Position numbers and translations under genes: made by a program
Notes under the pieces: generated by a model
Database searches by the model: none
The model's input: the letters and a program-made list of their open reading frames with translations, nothing else
What the model was told of the DNA's origin: nothing
NCBI GenBank assembly: GCA_007134885.1
Contig: SLJX01000060.1
Span: 1,914-65,913 of the forward strand
From: Halanaerobiaceae bacterium
Lineage (GTDB): Bacteria > Bacillota > Halanaerobiia > Halanaerobiales > Halarsenatibacteraceae
DNA: 64,000 bases
Direction of reading: 5' to 3'
In this document: positions 38,689 through 48,299 of the stretch, piece after piece
How positions within the stretch are numbered: the stretch's first letter is position 1
Layout of the letters: every line of letters begins with the position of its first letter

Positions 38689-40800
38689 ATGGAAAAAATC
38701 TGGACTAAAGAAATTAATGGCCGGGATTTAAGGCTGGAAACAGGAAAACTGGCCAGACAGGCAAATGGATCGGTTCTAGCAAAATATGGTGATACCACAA
38801 TTCTGGTAACTGCCACCATGTCAGAACCCAGGGAAGGCGTTGACTTTCTTCCCCTGATGGTTAATTACGAAGAAAGAGTATATGCCATCGGAAAAATACC
38901 AGGCAGTGTAACCAGGAGGGAGGGCCGTCCCCGGGATCGGGCCACACTTTTTGCCCGCCTGATCGATCGCCCCTTGAGACCTCTTTTTCCTGAGGGTTTT
39001 CGTCATGACATTCAGGTTATTGCCACAGTGTTATCGGTTGATGATGACTGTGATCCCGAAATGGTTGCCATGAACGGAGCTTCTGCGGCTTTAACTATTT
39101 CCGATATTCCCTTTGCCGGTCCAATTGCCGGAGTTAAAGTTGGCCTGGTCGATGATGAGCTGGTGATTAATCCCTCGGAAGAAGACTGTGAAGAATCCCG
39201 GCTGGATCTGATGATAGCTGGAACAAAGGATGCCGTCCTGATGGTAGAGGCAGGCGCTGATCAGGTTTCCGAGGAAACCATGCTGGATGCCATTGAGCTG
39301 GCCCACGAAAAAATTAAGGAACTTGTTGAGCTTCAGGAAGGTATGCGGGAAGAAATTGGACTTGAGAAGATGGAGTACACCCCCGAAGAACTTCCCCAGA
39401 ATAAGAAAAAACTGGTCAGGGATAAATGTTATGACAGGATGCAGGAAGCTGTCTTTGTCAGGGATAAACTGGCCAGAGAAGAGGCCATGGACCTGGTTAA
39501 AGAAGAAGTAATGGCCGAACTTGAGACAGAGCTGCTCGAAGATGAATTTCAGAAACTTTCAGGCCTGCTGAAAAAGGAAATTGACAGCGTCAGTAAAGAT
39601 ATTATCAGAACAGAAATTGTTGAGAATAACCGCCGTCCTGACGGACGGAAAACAGATGAAATTAGAGATATTTCCTGTGAAGTTGCCTCAATTCCCAGGG
39701 TACATGGTTCCGGGCTCTTTACCAGGGGAGAAACACAGACTATGACCATTCTAACTCTAGGTGCCACCAGCGATGAACAGACGCTCTTCGGCCTGGGTGA
39801 AGATGAAAAGAAATCCTTCATGCATCATTATAACTTTACCCCATACAGTGTGGGAGATACCTGGCCTTTGCGGGGACCGGGACGTCGGGAGATTGGTCAT
39901 GGCCATCTGGGAGAAAGAGCTCTCAGGCAGGTACTTCCTGCTGAAGAGAAATTCCCCTATACCATCCGACTGGTCTCTGAAGTTCTGGAATCTAATGGTT
40001 CAACTTCCCAGGCCAGTATTTGCGGCAGCAGTCTGGCTCTAATGGATGGAGGAGTGCCAATTCAAGGGCCTGTAGCTGGCATTGCCATGGGCCTGATTAA
40101 GGAACAGGATGAAATTGCTATCCTTTCTGACATTCAGGGAATTGAAGATCATAATGGTGATATGGATTTCAAGGTGGCCGGAACAGAAGAAGGTATAACT
40201 GCCCTCCAGATGGATATTAAAGTCAGCGGTATTTCTAAAAAAATCATGGCCAGAGCCCTGGAGCAGGCTCGTAAGGGTAGGCTGCATATTCTCAAAGAAA
40301 TGAGCAAGGCCATTGCTGAACCCCGTCCCGAACTTTCTCCCAACGCTCCTTCCATGCAGACCATGAAGATCGATACCGATAAAATCAGGTATGTCATCGG
40401 CCCGGGAGGTAAGATGATTAACAAGATTATTGATGAAACCGGAGCCCAGATAGATATTGAAGATGATGGCACCATTTATATTCTCTCCGATGATCAGGAA
40501 GGGGGAGAAAGAGCCCGGGAAATGATTGAAGAGCTGACCAAGGATGTCGAAGTTGGCGAAATTTACAATGCTACGGTCAAGAAAATTATGAATTTCGGCG
40601 CCTTTGCTGAAATTGTACCGGGTAAAGAAGGCCTGATTCACATCTCAGAACTCGCTGATTATCATGTTGACAAGGTTGAAGACATTGTCAGTGTGGGAGA
40701 TAAGGTCCCGGTTAAACTGATTGAAATTGATAATCAGGACAGGCTCAATCTTTCCCGAATTAAGGCCATTAAAGAACTGGAGAAAAAGGAAAAATCCTAA
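38689..40800 (+). CDS. pnp: Polyribonucleotide nucleotidyltransferase (PNPase)
   Basis: It has two RNase PH domains followed by KH (IGPGGKMI) and S1 ([17 protein letters not shown]) domains, and is 703 aa. Confidence 0.95.
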   Translation: MEKIWTKEINGRDLRLETGKLARQANGSVLAKYGDTTILVTATMSEPREGVDFLPLMVNYEERVYAIGKIPGSVTRREGRPRDRATLFARLIDRPLRPLFPEGFRHDIQVIATVLSVDDDCDPEMVAMNGASAALTISDIPFAGPIAGVKVGLVDDELVINPSEEDCEESRLDLMIAGTKDAVLMVEAGADQVSEETMLDAIELAHEKIKELVELQEGMREEIGLEKMEYTPEELPQNKKKLVRDKCYDRMQEAVFVRDKLAREEAMDLVKEEVMAELETELLEDEFQKLSGLLKKEIDSVSKDIIRTEIVENNRRPDGRKTDEIRDISCEVASIPRVHGSGLFTRGETQTMTILTLGATSDEQTLFGLGEDEKKSFMHHYNFTPYSVGDTWPLRGPGRREIGHGHLGERALRQVLPAEEKFPYTIRLVSEVLESNGSTSQASICGSSLALMDGGVPIQGPVAGIAMGLIKEQDEIAILSDIQGIEDHNGDMDFKVAGTEEGITALQMDIKVSGISKKIMARALEQARKGRLHILKEMSKAIAEPRPELSPNAPSMQTMKIDTDKIRYVIGPGGKMINKIIDETGAQIDIEDDGTIYILSDDQEGGERAREMIEELTKDVEVGEIYNATVKKIMNFGAFAEIVPGKEGLIHISELADYHVDKVEDIVSVGDKVPVKLIEIDNQDRLNLSRIKAIKELEKKEKS

Positions 40801-40957
40801 AAAACAGAATAGAGATTATAAATAAGGTAACTGACCGTCTATTTGTTTTCCAGGTTTAGTTCGATTTTAGATTAGATATAATTATAAGCATAAACTGGCT
40901 GAAATGCTGGTTTATGCTTTTCATATTAATATATCATGCAATCTAGGAAGTGAACAT

Positions 40958-41812
40958 ATGAGACTGGGCAAACACGTTTCTATAGCAGGTGGAATTGATA
41001 AAGCTCTGGACAGGGCTGTTAAAATCGGCTGCAATGCCGTACAGATTTTTGCCAGCAATCCCAGAAGCTGGCAGGCTAAAGACCTGGATCCCGCTACGGT
41101 AAAAAGCTTTATTGCCGGTCGAAATGAACTTGATATTAATCCCGTGGTAGTTCATGCCATCTATCTAATTAATATTGCTTCTCCCGGAGAGGAAGTGAGA
41201 AAAAAATCCCTTCAGGCTCTGAAAACTGACTACCGGAGATCTGTTAAAATTGGGGCTGATTATCTGGTATTTCATCCCGGCAGCCATACCGGTTCCGGGA
41301 TTGAGCGTGGAATTAAAAAAATAGCAGCCGGTATTAATGAAGTACTGGCTGAAATCCAGGGCAGCACCTGGCTTCTGCTGGAAAATGTTGCTGGAGCCGG
41401 AACCCAATTGGGAGCCAGTTTTGCTGAACTAAACTCTATTATTAATCAGCTGGAGGAACCGGAAAGGGTGGGTGTCTGTCTTGACACCTGTCATAGTTAC
41501 TCTGCCGGATACAATCTTACCCGGGAGGAAGGACTGGATAGATTGCTGGCTGAATTTGCGGAAGCTGGGCCGGGACTGGATAAACTTAAAATACTTCATA
41601 TCAATGATTCTCTTTACGAGCTGGGCAGCAATAAGGATGAACATGCTCATATAGGAGAGGGGAAAATTGGCCGGGAGGGTTTTTCTCTGATTGTCAACAG
41701 ACAGGAATTTCAAAATCTACCCCTGATTCTGGAAACACCCTGGTTCGATGATAGAGAGGATGACCCTGATGTTGATTTGATAAAATCTCTGCGACAGGAG
41801 GAAGAGATTTAA
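40958..41812 (+). CDS. nfo: Endonuclease IV (deoxyribonuclease IV)
   Basis: It reads GKHVSIAGG, VQIF..NPRSW, HA.YLIN.AS, LVFHPGSH, LLEN.AG, CLDTCH and HINDS. Confidence 0.9.
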   Translation: MRLGKHVSIAGGIDKALDRAVKIGCNAVQIFASNPRSWQAKDLDPATVKSFIAGRNELDINPVVVHAIYLINIASPGEEVRKKSLQALKTDYRRSVKIGADYLVFHPGSHTGSGIERGIKKIAAGINEVLAEIQGSTWLLLENVAGAGTQLGASFAELNSIINQLEEPERVGVCLDTCHSYSAGYNLTREEGLDRLLAEFAEAGPGLDKLKILHINDSLYELGSNKDEHAHIGEGKIGREGFSLIVNRQEFQNLPLILETPWFDDREDDPDVDLIKSLRQEEEI

Positions 41813-41813
41813 A

Positions 41814-44255
41814 TTGAATTCCAGTGAGGAACTTTTTACTTCAGAAACAAGAGAATATCTCCGGGAATGTATCACCCGGGCCCGGGAACAGGAAGTTTTT
41901 TTCCTGGGCAGTTATGATTTTGCCGATCAGAAACTCAATGATATTCGGGTGGCAGCCCGGGGTAATGAATCAATGGCCCCGGCCATTGTCAATAATTTAA
42001 AACCGGGAGACTGCCTTATTCACAATCATCCCTCCGGAGATCTGCGGCCTTCTGCTGCTGATATCAGACTGGCCTCCCGGTTGGGGAACAGGGGTATTGG
42101 CTTTATTATCATTAATAACACCGTTTCGGAGATCTATACCGTGGTGGAACCGGAACAGGCCAATTCCTTTGAACCCCTGCCCGAGCAGGAAATTATTGAA
42201 ATCTTAAGTTCTGGAGGCAGCCTCTCCCGGATCATGGAGAATTTCACCGAAAGAAAGGAACAGCTTCAGGTGCTGAGACGGATAATTACTGCCTTCAATG
42301 AAAATGATACTGTTCTGATTGAGGCTGGCACCGGAACCGGTAAATCCTTCGCCTATCTTCTTCCCGCACTCTTCTGGAGTAAAATAAATTCTGGCCCGGT
42401 GGTTATTTCAACCAACACCATTAATCTTCAGCAGCAGCTGATAGAAAAGGATCTGCTCACTCTGCAGAGGGCACTTTCCTTTGATTTTTCCGCCACACTG
42501 GTTAAAGGGAGAAACAATTATCTCTGCAGAAGAAAGCTAAATAATGTCCTTAACCAGCGGGATAAACTTAACGATGAAGACAGAGATTTCCTCAGGGTGG
42601 CTGAGTATCTTCAGGATCAGATTAATTCGGAAAATTTTGCCGGAGTCAAAAATGATATTTCCTTTACCATCATCTCAGATTACTGGCAGGAAGTCTGCTC
42701 GGAAAGTGATCTCTGTCTTAACAATTACTGCCCCTATTTTTCCAGCTGTTACTTTCACCAGGATAGAAAGAAGATTCACCAGAGCGACATTTTGATAGTC
42801 AATCATCATCTCCTGCTGGCAGATGCTGTCCTGAAAAATAACCGTTATAGTGTTCTGCCCGATTACCGGAAACTGATAATAGATGAATCCCATAATCTTC
42901 CCGAGGTGGCAACCCAAATCAGTGGTCTGGATTTTTATTCCCACTCCTTAATAAAAACGGCTGAACGCCTGAAAAATTCACCTAATTCTCCGCTGGTACG
43001 GGTTAGAAATAACAGCTATGAAATCAACTTTTCTCATCGTCCCCGGATTTTAGAACTGCTGGATCAGAAAATCTGGCCTTTGCTGCAGCAGATTATCGAG
43101 GCAGCAAAGAATTATCAGCAGGAGCTGAAGGATTTATGGCAGCAGGAACGGGAAACAAAAATAAGGCTGGAGGAGGATACTTTTACCCGGGATGAGTTGC
43201 TAACCTGGCAGGAAAGCGGAGAAAATCTTCTCAAACTACTTGCTTCCCTGAAAACCTGTCTCCAGAATACCGCTGAACTGCTTCAGACTAATGAAAAGAA
43301 TGGCAGTGAAACCGCAGAAGAGCAGCCCTCCTTTGAAATCAGAGGAGTGCTTTCCAGAATCCTGGAGTTTGGCGAAGCTTTGAATTTAAATCTTAATTTT
43401 GAAGATCACCTCAACAATTATGTTTTCTGGCTGGAAAACTCAAAAATTTACAATAATAATGTGATACAAAAAAACGGGATGCTGGAGATAGCAGATTTTC
43501 TTGAGGAGGTTCTCTTTTCCCGGCTTACAACTTCTGTTCTGACCTCAGCCACTCTGGCGATTGATGGCAGTTTTGCCTATTATCAGCAGAGGTTGGGCCT
43601 TTCCCGTTCCGATAGCCTGCTGGTAAAATCGCCTTTTGACTATTCTTCTCAGGTAAAAATTTATATTCCGCGTCAGATTCCTGCAGCAATGGCTCAAGAT
43701 TTTATTTTTGAAATTAAAGAAAAACTAGAAAAATATCTAGCCAGCAGACAGGGCTCCGCTCTGGTATTATTTACCTCTTACTCGATGCTGAGAGAACTAA
43801 AAGAAGAAATTCAGCCCGGTCTGCAGAAGAGGGGTTATCAGGTTTTAGCCCAGGGAGAAGAGCCCCGCAATAAAATTTTGAATAAACTTCGCCAGCAGCA
43901 GGGCACCATTCTGCTGGGAACCAGCAGTTTCTGGGAAGGCATTGATGTTCCGGGAGAAGCGCTCTCCAGCCTTATCATTATGAAACTGCCCTTTGCTGTG
44001 CCCTCCGACCCTCTGATAGCAGCTCGCTCTGAACTGATTGCCTCCAGGGGGGAGAACCCCTTCTGGCAGGAAGCTCTCCCCCAGGCTGTGATAAAATTCA
44101 AGCAGGGATTTGGCAGATTAATAAGGGATAAAAATGACCGGGGAGAGGTGTTGATCCTTGATAGAAGGTTATGGACAAAATCCTACGGCAGAACTTTTAT
44201 TAACTCCCTGCCCGAGGGCTGTCAGATCCAGGACAGCTGGCCGGATCTTAATTAA
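41814..44255 (+). CDS. Fusion protein: N-terminal JAB/MPN (RadC-like, JAMM motif intact) + DinG/XPD-family Fe-S DNA helicase
   Basis: The JAB domain (aa ~1-115) has E (REQEVFFLG) and HNHPSGDLRPSAAD, which is exactly HxHx7Sx2D. The helicase part has Walker A EAGTGTGKS, a Cys cluster NYLC...EVCSESDLCLNNYCPYFSSC, DEAH-type IIDESHNL, and the C-terminal helicase motifs (GTSSFWEGIDVPG, QGFGRLIR). The TTG start lies 1 nt after the nfo stop. Confidence 0.85.
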   Translation: MNSSEELFTSETREYLRECITRAREQEVFFLGSYDFADQKLNDIRVAARGNESMAPAIVNNLKPGDCLIHNHPSGDLRPSAADIRLASRLGNRGIGFIIINNTVSEIYTVVEPEQANSFEPLPEQEIIEILSSGGSLSRIMENFTERKEQLQVLRRIITAFNENDTVLIEAGTGTGKSFAYLLPALFWSKINSGPVVISTNTINLQQQLIEKDLLTLQRALSFDFSATLVKGRNNYLCRRKLNNVLNQRDKLNDEDRDFLRVAEYLQDQINSENFAGVKNDISFTIISDYWQEVCSESDLCLNNYCPYFSSCYFHQDRKKIHQSDILIVNHHLLLADAVLKNNRYSVLPDYRKLIIDESHNLPEVATQISGLDFYSHSLIKTAERLKNSPNSPLVRVRNNSYEINFSHRPRILELLDQKIWPLLQQIIEAAKNYQQELKDLWQQERETKIRLEEDTFTRDELLTWQESGENLLKLLASLKTCLQNTAELLQTNEKNGSETAEEQPSFEIRGVLSRILEFGEALNLNLNFEDHLNNYVFWLENSKIYNNNVIQKNGMLEIADFLEEVLFSRLTTSVLTSATLAIDGSFAYYQQRLGLSRSDSLLVKSPFDYSSQVKIYIPRQIPAAMAQDFIFEIKEKLEKYLASRQGSALVLFTSYSMLRELKEEIQPGLQKRGYQVLAQGEEPRNKILNKLRQQQGTILLGTSSFWEGIDVPGEALSSLIIMKLPFAVPSDPLIAARSELIASRGENPFWQEALPQAVIKFKQGFGRLIRDKNDRGEVLILDRRLWTKSYGRTFINSLPEGCQIQDSWPDLN

Positions 44256-44544
44256 TATAGATCTTTTGAAGGAATTTAGCTTTTTATGAAGAATTTATTC
44301 AACAGATTTAAATATTTAATTCCCGAACTGTTACATGTCATAACAGGGGTTACACATTTTAAATATTTAATCCTCTAGCCTTGAGTATTTATTTAAGCAT
44401 TTACATTCAGGACAAATGACTAAGGCAAATGTCCTGTTTCAAATTATGAGTATTTTATATGAGTTTTTTAATAGATTGAAATTATATTCTGAGAAAGATT
44501 TCTGAATTTACGTGACTTTCGATCCTTCAGGAGGTAATTCCCTC

Positions 44545-45471
44545 ATGAATCCGAGTAATTTACTTAAAAAACAGAATACTGTTATTTTGCTGGTCCTCAT
44601 TTTTCTTTTTTTTCTAACTCCAGCAGTTTTATCTGCAGATTTTCAGCTGATCTATGTTGTTCAGCGGGGAGATTCTCTTTCAGAAATAGCTTCCAGTTAT
44701 AATATTTCTCTTGAAAAACTTATAAAGATTAATAATATCCCCAATTCTCATAGCATCAGGGCCGGGGATGAACTTAAAATACCCGCTAATGAAGCAGAAA
44801 TTCCGAACAGGGATTTTAATCAGAGATTATTCAGCCAGCAAGAAAATTTCAGCCTTGATTCCAGTCAGAATTATGCGGTTAGAATCAATCCTAAACAGGA
44901 AACCCCGGAAATAGACGATATTTCCGATGATGAGCTTATCAGCTATCATGTTTCTTATGGTGATACTCTCTATGATATAGCCAGGGATTTTAATACCTCC
45001 ATCGGGGTTCTGGAAGCTTTAAATGACTTTAACAACGGTGTGCTGCGTACCGGCCAGACAATCAAAGTTCCCGTTCGCAATTTAAGCCAGCGTCAGGCTC
45101 TCTCGCGTTCGCTCAGTTCCGAAGAACTTGATCTGCTGGCCAGGGCTATTTATGGAGAGGCCCGGGGAGAGCCCTATACCGGACAGGTAGCCGTGGGAGC
45201 AGTTATAATCAATCGGGTACTATCCCCTGATTTTCCAGGCACCATAAAAGGTGTTATTTACCAGTCAGGTCAGTTTACTCCGGTTGAGGATGGTTCTCTC
45301 TATTTAGAACCGGATAATAATGCCCGGAGTGCTGCCCGGGATGCCTTAAGCGGGGAAGATCCTTCCGGTGGCGCCCTGTTTTTTTATAATCCTGATAAAG
45401 CAACTGATCGGGAATGGGTTACCCGCAGGCAGAAGCTGGTGTCAATTGGCAACCATGTTTTTTTGAAATAA
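44545..45471 (+). CDS. Secreted cell-wall hydrolase: 2x LysM + SleB/CwlJ-type (Hydrolase_2) domain
   Basis: It has a signal/TM segment and two LysM repeats (YVVQRGDSLSEIAS.YNIS...L...N and YHVSYGDTLYDIARDFNTS). The C-terminus reads LLARAIYGEARGEPY.GQVAVGAVIINR...FP.TI.GVIYQ.GQF. Confidence 0.85.
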   Translation: MNPSNLLKKQNTVILLVLIFLFFLTPAVLSADFQLIYVVQRGDSLSEIASSYNISLEKLIKINNIPNSHSIRAGDELKIPANEAEIPNRDFNQRLFSQQENFSLDSSQNYAVRINPKQETPEIDDISDDELISYHVSYGDTLYDIARDFNTSIGVLEALNDFNNGVLRTGQTIKVPVRNLSQRQALSRSLSSEELDLLARAIYGEARGEPYTGQVAVGAVIINRVLSPDFPGTIKGVIYQSGQFTPVEDGSLYLEPDNNARSAARDALSGEDPSGGALFFYNPDKATDREWVTRRQKLVSIGNHVFLK

Positions 45472-45540
45472 GTTTTATATATTTTTCTCGCTCATTTTTT
45501 TGATTCTTATTTATCCGTTCAAATAGGGGAGCTGAATTTT

Positions 45541-45978
45541 TTGGTTGAAATTAAGATTACCAGGAAAGATAAATCCATACCACTACCGGAATATCAGCAC
45601 GGGGAAGAGGATGCCGGGCTGGATCTTTTTTCAGCAGAGGATGAAACTCTTTTGCCGGGAGAGTATAAACTGGTATCCACCGGTCTGTCTATCGCTATTC
45701 CCCCAGGATATGCCGGTTTTGTCTACCCCCGCAGCGGGCTGGCTCTTAAGCATGGAGTGACGGTTTTAAATGCTGATGGTGTTATTGATCCCGGTTACCG
45801 CGGGGAAATCGGGGTTATTTTGATCAATCACGGAACCGGGGCCTTTCAGATCCAGCAGGGGGACAGGATAGCCCAGTTAATTGTTCAGCAGGTGGCGAGA
45901 GTCCGCTGGCAGGAAGTTGAAAATCTTAAATCCACAGAAAGAGGGGCCGGGGGCTTTGGACATACCGGAATACAATAA
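45541..45978 (+). CDS. dut: dUTP diphosphatase
   Basis: It reads AGLDL, PRSGLALKHGV, GVIDPGYRGEI and RIAQL...R...GFG.TG. Confidence 0.92.
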   Translation: MVEIKITRKDKSIPLPEYQHGEEDAGLDLFSAEDETLLPGEYKLVSTGLSIAIPPGYAGFVYPRSGLALKHGVTVLNADGVIDPGYRGEIGVILINHGTGAFQIQQGDRIAQLIVQQVARVRWQEVENLKSTERGAGGFGHTGIQ

Positions 45979-46053
45979 ATTTTATCAGGTTAATGGCAAA
46001 GGACCTAAGAAAAACCGGACCAGGGTGGGCTAATTCATAGGGAGGGCTAATTT

Positions 46054-47094
46054 ATGAAATATAAAACAATGGAGTTTGAAGAAGATACTTTAAATTTGCT
46101 GGATCAGCGCAAGCTGCCTGAAAAAGTTGAATATTATCGAGCTGAAAATTACGAACAGATTATAGAGGCAATTTCAGAAATGGTTGTCAGGGGCGCCCCT
46201 GCCATCGGAGCAACCGGGGCCTATGGAGTTTATCTGGCTGCTCTGGAATTTCAGGATCTCAGCTCCAGTGAACTTATGGCTCAGGTAGAATCAGCAGTTA
46301 AAGAAATAAATCAGGCCCGTCCTACGGCTGTAAATTTAACCTGGGCAACCGGTAAAATGTTGAAGCTTTTAAGGTCCAGCAGATATAAAGACCGCAAATC
46401 CCTGTTAAGAATTTTAGAAAGAGAAGCAAATAATATTGCCCGCCAGGACATTGAAACCAATAAGGAACTAGCTTCCTACGGTGAAAAATTAATCCCGCAA
46501 AATTCCAATATTTTAACTCACTGCAATACTGGCGCTCTGGCCACAGTGGATTATGGCACAGCACTGGGGGTTATCAGAGAAGCTGTTCGCAAAAATAAAA
46601 ATATCCATGTCTATGCCACCGAAACCCGCCCCCGTCTTCAGGGAGCCAGGCTGACAGCCTTTGAACTGGTCGAGGAAAATATTCCTGCCACCTTGATTGT
46701 TGACAGCGCTGCTGGATTTCTGATGCAGCAGAATAAAGTAGATGTCGTGGTTGTAGGTGCCGACAGGATAGCAGCAAATGGAGATACGGCAAACAAAATT
46801 GGCACCTATACTCTGTCAGAACTTGCCCGCATTCATAATATTCCCTTTTATATTGCTGCACCCCGCTCAACCATTGATTATCAGATTCAGATGGGCTCAG
46901 CAATCGCTATCGAAGAGAGAGGTCCGGAAGAAATTAGGAAGATTGGTAAAGAGAGAATAGCTCCTGAGGGAATTAGTGTCTACAATCCGGCCTTTGACAT
47001 AACCCCGGCTGAAAATATAACCGGAATTATCACAGAAGCAGGAATAGTTGAACCTCCCTTCAGTGTGGGGCTGGCAGAAATCCGTAAAAAATAA
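46054..47094 (+). CDS. mtnA: S-methyl-5-thioribose-1-phosphate isomerase
   Basis: It reads LLDQRKLP, VRGAPAIG, RPTAVNL, THCNTGALAT, ETRP.LQGARLTA.EL and GADRIAANGD.ANKIGTY. Confidence 0.9.
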   Translation: MKYKTMEFEEDTLNLLDQRKLPEKVEYYRAENYEQIIEAISEMVVRGAPAIGATGAYGVYLAALEFQDLSSSELMAQVESAVKEINQARPTAVNLTWATGKMLKLLRSSRYKDRKSLLRILEREANNIARQDIETNKELASYGEKLIPQNSNILTHCNTGALATVDYGTALGVIREAVRKNKNIHVYATETRPRLQGARLTAFELVEENIPATLIVDSAAGFLMQQNKVDVVVVGADRIAANGDTANKIGTYTLSELARIHNIPFYIAAPRSTIDYQIQMGSAIAIEERGPEEIRKIGKERIAPEGISVYNPAFDITPAENITGIITEAGIVEPPFSVGLAEIRKK

Positions 47095-47214
47095 TAAATG
47101 TTTACCCAGTAAGTATTTTATTCAGCTGCACTCAAAAAGACATATACTGAAGGATTTATCTTTTAGAAGGTTTATTTTTTAAATAAAACTGAATTATCCA
47201 AGGAGGTAATGCTA

Positions 47215-47340
47215 ATGGCTGTTAGAAAAGAAGGTGAAGTTTATCGCTGTGGTGTCTGCGGTAATGTAGTTAAGGTTCTGGAAGTTGGAGGGGGAGAACT
47301 GGTCTGCTGTAATCAGCCCATGAATCTGGAAGAAGAATAG
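47215..47340 (+). CDS. Desulforedoxin (stand-alone Dx-type FeS4 domain, 41 aa); not in the ORF track
   Basis: ATG follows [47 protein letters not shown] matches the Dx signature YKC..CG..V.V...G.G.L.CCG..M. Confidence 0.8.
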   Translation: MAVRKEGEVYRCGVCGNVVKVLEVGGGELVCCNQPMNLEEE

Positions 47341-47350
47341 TTCTGTTCCT

Positions 47351-47387
47351 GCTCTGTCCCTCAGCCTGGGGCAGAGCATATTTTTTA
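47351..47387 (+). terminator. Intrinsic terminator after the desulforedoxin gene
   Basis: GCTCTGTCCC (47351-47360) pairs with GGGGCAGAGC (47368-47377), followed by ATATTTTTTA. Confidence 0.75.
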
Positions 47388-47628
47388 TCCTGTAATAACT
47401 GTAATAACCTCGAATTAGACTTTTTATTTTCCTGCCTTGTTGAGCTCTTATATAAAGGCATGAAGGTTTGACTGGATATTAAATATTTGTTAAAGAATTA
47501 TTTAAAAGCTGGCAGTAATTTTTACATACTGGACCTGGATTCCAATCACTATATATGGATTATTCAATTATACTGAAATAATGGCAAAAAATACAGGAAA
47601 ATCTGGAATGAATTTAAGGAGGATTGAA

Positions 47629-48282
47629 ATGAAGGATCTACTGGGTGAATCTGAACAGCTGATTGAGTTATATAACGACCACTCTCACACTGTTCGCTCC
47701 TGTCTTAAATGCTATGTTAAGGCTATGAAGCAGTATATTTCTGAAGGTTTTACTGAAGAAGTCTCAGCAATGAGAGATGAGGTTAAGAAGCTGGAGACCG
47801 AGGCCGATGAAGTTCGAAGAAAAATTGTCAGACTCTTAATTGAAAAGAGATTTTTAATACCCAATACCAGACGGGATTTTTTGAATCTCCTGAAATTTAC
47901 CGATAAGGTTGCCGATTATTCTGAAAGTTCTCTGGATTATGTTGTGCTGCAGTCCATGGATATTACCGAGGTTGGCCAGCAAAAGCTTCAGGAGATTCTT
48001 GAAATCACTGAAAGTCAGTTTGAAAAGCTGGAAAAGGCCATTGGCTATGTTTTTGATGACAACCAAAAAGCCTTTGACCTGGTTAATGAGATTGGCTCGC
48101 TGGAGTCCGAGATTGATAATCTGGAAAGGGAGTTAATTGACAGGCTTTCCCGGCGGGATGATTTAAGTTTTGGACTGAAATCTCTTTATCGGGATTATCT
48201 AACCATGATGGCCAATATTTCCGATATAATTGAAGATGCTGCCGATGAAATTGAACTGATCATCGCCCTTAAGAGATTATAA
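47629..48282 (+). CDS. DUF47 family protein (PhoU-like, TIGR00153-type)
   Basis: It is a helical ~217-aa protein with [10 protein letters not shown] and an NISD.IEDAAD pattern. ATG 47629 follows AAGGAGG. Confidence 0.65.
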   Translation: MKDLLGESEQLIELYNDHSHTVRSCLKCYVKAMKQYISEGFTEEVSAMRDEVKKLETEADEVRRKIVRLLIEKRFLIPNTRRDFLNLLKFTDKVADYSESSLDYVVLQSMDITEVGQQKLQEILEITESQFEKLEKAIGYVFDDNQKAFDLVNEIGSLESEIDNLERELIDRLSRRDDLSFGLKSLYRDYLTMMANISDIIEDAADEIELIIALKRL

Positions 48283-48299
48283 ATGAGGGAGTGATTTTC

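Noticed and set aside
40039-40641. A 200-aa minus-strand ORF inside pnp.
   Set aside because: It is antisense to PNPase and has no motifs.
47270-47461. A 63-aa minus-strand ORF.
   Set aside because: It overlaps the much better supported + strand desulforedoxin gene and its terminator.
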